Shown: positions 48,511 through 51,070 of the stretch, one piece after another
How positions within the stretch are numbered: the first letter of the stretch is position 1
Layout: the number at the start of each line of letters is the position of its first letter
Origin: a virus
Lineage: Duplodnaviria; Caudoviricetes
Direction: 5' to 3' (one strand)
DNA: 51,070 nt
IMG/VR virus record: IMGVR_UViG_3300005096_000013
Span: 1-51,070 of that record
Translations under genes and position numbers: made by a program
The notes under the pieces: model-generated
What the model was told of the DNA's origin: nothing
What the model saw: the letters and a program-made list of their open reading frames with translations, nothing else
The model's database searches: none

Positions 48511-48917
48511 ACTAGATGGATTACTTTTACCATTGTATCTAATTTGACCCCGACGTTCTCGCGATACATGCTAACGAGCTCCTCGTCATCTTTGGGAGTG
48601 GTTTCAAACTTGACAGGCACAATACCGTAGGCTTCAAAGGCTAAAGAAAGAGGGACGGTAGGTTCCAGCCAGATGGCTATCTTTCCCCGAATAAGAGGAG
48701 CCGTGGGGGTTTTATAGACAGGAATTTCAAGGTGAGATTCTCCTAATTCTACATTGAACCAGTCAAAAGCAGAGTAGATAAGAACTCTCCCCAGGTAGCT
48801 TGATGGAGTTTTAGTCTCGATGGCTGGTACAAAAGTTGCCCTCACTAAAACATTGTCCATCAACCAATTTACGGCTTGAGGGTACCGTGCGATTACAACA
48901 TACTGTTTGTTTGGCAT
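48507..48917 (-). CDS. Hypothetical protein
   Basis: GAAAGGAG RBS. Confidence 0.6.
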   Translation of the reverse strand: MPNKQYVVIARYPQAVNWLMDNVLVRATFVPAIETKTPSSYLGRVLIYSAFDWFNVELGESHLEIPVYKTPTAPLIRGKIAIWLEPTVPLSLAFEAYGIVPVKFETTPKDDEELVSMYRENVGVKLDTMVKVIHLV

Positions 48918-48971
48918 GAATGCTCCTTTCTATCCGATTATCGGACAAACATGGTTGGAGCCCGGAGTGAC

Positions 48972-49337
48972 TCATTGCTTTGATGCCAAGGCTTGTTGCA
49001 GGGCGACTCCGAGCGGTTGACCTGTGGGCAGGTCGTTTTCCACCTTTACGTGCCCACGCATGAGCCGTACCTCTCGTAGGAAGTGGGAACGCAAGGCTTG
49101 GGCGTCCTCAAGAGAGAGATAGGCTCTGGTCTTGCGTGGTATGGCCTTGCTGGTCTTGCGACCCCACGGTTTGGGGTTGAACAGGGCCACGTCCTTGCAG
49201 AGCATTGAGGAATGCCCTTTGTTGTGGTAGATGTCTGCTGTGGACGGCCCACCAGGTGGGGGCGGGATGGTCCGTACCTTGTGGACACGACCCCTACTCA
49301 TAGGGACGAGACCGTATTTCTTTGTAATGTTTTCCAT
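48972..49337 (-). CDS. Hypothetical basic protein
   Basis: GAAAGG RBS; first gene after the strong promoter. Confidence 0.55.
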   Translation of the reverse strand: MENITKKYGLVPMSRGRVHKVRTIPPPPGGPSTADIYHNKGHSSMLCKDVALFNPKPWGRKTSKAIPRKTRAYLSLEDAQALRSHFLREVRLMRGHVKVENDLPTGQPLGVALQQALASKQ

Positions 49338-49400
49338 GCTTTGCCACCTTTCAAAATGTCCGATAATCGGACAAGTTATCAGTTATCCATTGTTTGGTTT

Positions 49401-49431
49401 TGTGGATAACCTGTGGATAACATGTGGATAA
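49401..49431 (-). promoter_or_regulatory. Three tandem consensus DnaA boxes (TTATCCACA)
   Basis: TGTGGATAA at 49401, 49412, 49423 (11-bp period); weaker opposite-orientation TTATCCATT at 49383 and 49450. Confidence 0.8.
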
Positions 49432-49529
49432 CTTTTACTCAGCTATCCGTTATCCATTATTCACCGTGGCTCAAAATGTCCGATTATCGGACAAATAAAA
49501 CTATAACTTTTGAGCCATTTCATACATAT

Positions 49530-49557
49530 ATTATACCACGGATTTTAGATTTGTCAA
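49530..49557 (-). promoter_or_regulatory. Consensus sigma70 promoter
   Basis: TTGACA-16 bp-TATAAT with extended -10 TG. Confidence 0.8.
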
Positions 49558-49562
49558 GTCGA

Positions 49563-50582
49563 CGAATAAGCCTAAATTGTTGCCCTGCAAGAGTTTACGT
49601 TTTTGCTGCTTAACGTTAAGCAGTGTGTCTTTTTGAGCCATTTTGGCGCTGTTGGTGCGCTGCGTCAAGCGCTGAAAACGTGGTAGAAATATCTTGAGCG
49701 CTGAATCCGGCCGCACCAAGGGACAAACCAGCAATGCGACGACGAAAATCCACACCAAAGGTGTTTTTGGCCAAACTCTCACGCAGGACCTCTAAGTATT
49801 CGGATTCATCCAACATCGCCAGCAAGTTTCGGACTACCCAAAGCCGGGCGGCGTTGGGAAGCTCGGTAACTTGGTCAAAGAGGGTAACCCGTTGCTTGTC
49901 TAAATCCAACGACACGTCTGGCCCGCGCTTAGCTAGCTCATCGGCTTTGTCCTCGACCGATGGCTTATCCGGACCTTTTTTGTCTGGATTCTCATCCGGA
50001 CCTTTATCGTCGGGTTTTTTTGGGGGGGTTTTGGGTGCCAAGCCGTACCTTTTTAGGACGGTAGAACGGCGCTTTTTACCCTTATCCCAATATCCGGCAG
50101 CCAAGTCGGCGCGTAATTTACGCGCGTTGGCTTTGGAAAGCTTGTTGACCGGCAAAGCGACCAGTTTATCGACCTCACTTTCCGTGATTTTCAGCGCTTT
50201 CTCGGTATCGGGTTGCAATTCCAGGAGTTTCCACGAGCGGGAAAATTTGCGCCTATCAAAATCATCCAAACCTATCTGCCTCTTTGCGTAATCCAGAACT
50301 GCTTTACGCAATAATTCTGGATTGTAGTCACCTTCCCGCGCGCGGTAAACTTCCTTATACGCGCTGACCAGTTTTAGGTAAGCCCGCCCGAGCGCTGTGC
50401 CAGCTGCGCGCCAACCGCACAAAGCAGTTGAGGTAGCCTCGCGCTCGTGAGCCGATAATTCGATGATGATTTTTGCGGTTCTTGCTTTTTTTGTTGCCAT
50501 TTTTTGCTCACTTTCTGGCCAGTTGTCCGATTATCGGACAATTTCAGCCATATTGTGCAAGGCAACAATTTAGGCTTATTCG
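49563..50582. repeat. 27-bp inverted repeat pair (26/27) flanking one gene
   Basis: CGAATAAGCCTAAATTGTTGCCCTGCA at 49563-49589; TGCAAGGCAACAATTTAGGCTTATTCG at 50556-50582. Confidence 0.88.
49616..50500 (-). CDS. Hypothetical basic protein
   Basis: 294 aa, helical N-terminal part and Pro/Lys/Asp linker with KGPD repeats. Confidence 0.7.
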   Translation of the reverse strand: MATKKARTAKIIIELSAHEREATSTALCGWRAAGTALGRAYLKLVSAYKEVYRAREGDYNPELLRKAVLDYAKRQIGLDDFDRRKFSRSWKLLELQPDTEKALKITESEVDKLVALPVNKLSKANARKLRADLAAGYWDKGKKRRSTVLKRYGLAPKTPPKKPDDKGPDENPDKKGPDKPSVEDKADELAKRGPDVSLDLDKQRVTLFDQVTELPNAARLWVVRNLLAMLDESEYLEVLRESLAKNTFGVDFRRRIAGLSLGAAGFSAQDISTTFSALDAAHQQRQNGSKRHTA

Positions 50583-50611
50583 CTTATTCAATTGTTAAAG
50601 AGCCTACAACC

Positions 50612-50638
50612 ATTATACCACATGTTGCGGTAAGTCAA
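50612..50638 (-). promoter_or_regulatory. Sigma70-like promoter
   Basis: TTGACT-15 bp-TATAAT with extended -10 TG; spacer is short. Confidence 0.55.
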
Positions 50639-50688
50639 ACGCGCTGCCGGTTGTGGAGCCGGTGGCACAATTCAGCGCGCGGATGGGG

Positions 50689-51057
50689 TTATTCCCACGT
50701 TTTTTCGCGGGGGGTGAATCGGCGCGAATGTTGCCGGGTTGGACCGACAAAATCAACCCGGACCGGGTCTCCAACCCGAATACCGGCAGATTCTACGTCA
50801 TCCAATTCCCGGCCGCGCGGGGGTATTGAAAATATTATGGGGCGGATGGTCCGCGCATAAGGCGCAAGGTTCAAGGGGATATTACCGATAATATCTTTAT
50901 CGGTAATGTCACTTACCCGAGCATCCCTAATTACGGGGATAGATTCGCCCGGTTCCCCATCCGGGCTTATCCAATTGGTGAGGCCGTATAAATCAATACG
51001 GCTAGCTGGCTCATTCCAGATGGCCCGCCCAAAAAACTTGTTGGCCAACCAAACCAA
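50689..51057 (-). CDS. Hypothetical protein, possibly truncated by the window edge
   Basis: 122-aa ORF at the window end; start uncertain. Confidence 0.35.
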   Translation of the reverse strand: MVWLANKFFGRAIWNEPASRIDLYGLTNWISPDGEPGESIPVIRDARVSDITDKDIIGNIPLNLAPYARTIRPIIFSIPPRGRELDDVESAGIRVGDPVRVDFVGPTRQHSRRFTPREKTWE

Positions 51058-51070
51058 AGTGGCGCGGTGG

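Larger units (their letters stand above)
763..48969. repeat. Dispersed 13-bp repeat CACTCCGGGCTCC (at least 25 exact copies)
   Basis: Plus-orientation starts: 763, 845, 877, 2177, 8452, 10644, 15143, 15362, 20987, 24580, 32639, 33801, 35551, 36195, 42822, 43864. Reverse-orientation (GGAGCCCGGAGTG) starts: 19515, 19983, 24444, 34500, 35983, 42256, 42295, 48097, 48957. One-mismatch copies: 712, 20448, 22640, 27637, 27975, 28636, 28762, 29597. Confidence 0.97.
48262..50540. promoter_or_regulatory. Five copies of palindromic operator TGTCCGATWATCGGACA
   Basis: 48262-48278, 48931-48947 (one mismatch), 49357-49373, 49477-49493, 50524-50540; all intergenic. Confidence 0.85.

Noticed and set aside
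763-48969. 13-mer as a classical L5-type stoperator set
   Set aside because: Orientation is mixed relative to transcription and most copies are intragenic; kept only as an analogy.

Overview
The window looks like most or all of a ~51 kb tailed dsDNA phage genome with a podovirus-like layout. A plus-strand morphogenesis block (~2.3-28.8 kb) encodes terminase, portal, scaffold, capsid, tail/adaptor and large internal-virion-type proteins. A minus-strand block (~29-51 kb, plus 0.9-2.1 kb) encodes an AAA+ helicase-like ATPase, GroES, an SSB/ATPase/Cas4-like recombination set, an ERCC4 nuclease, family A DNA polymerase, family 4 UDG, MazG and many small early genes. I saw no integrase, primase or clear endolysin. 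Main unusual observations: (1) an asymmetric 13-mer CACTCCGGGCTCC with at least 25 exact copies by eye, on both strands and read in all six frames inside genes; (2) a complete, tightly coupled Ubl-E2-JAB-E1 ubiquitin-like conjugation operon; (3) a solitary type I-C-like CRISPR repeat followed by a 34-nt spacer-sized segment and a hairpin, with no cas locus; (4) an early control region with three phased DnaA boxes, five 17-bp palindromic operators and a 27-bp inverted repeat pair; (5) two tRNA-like elements flanking a nucleotidyltransferase gene. All calls come from reading motifs by eye; no searches were run.
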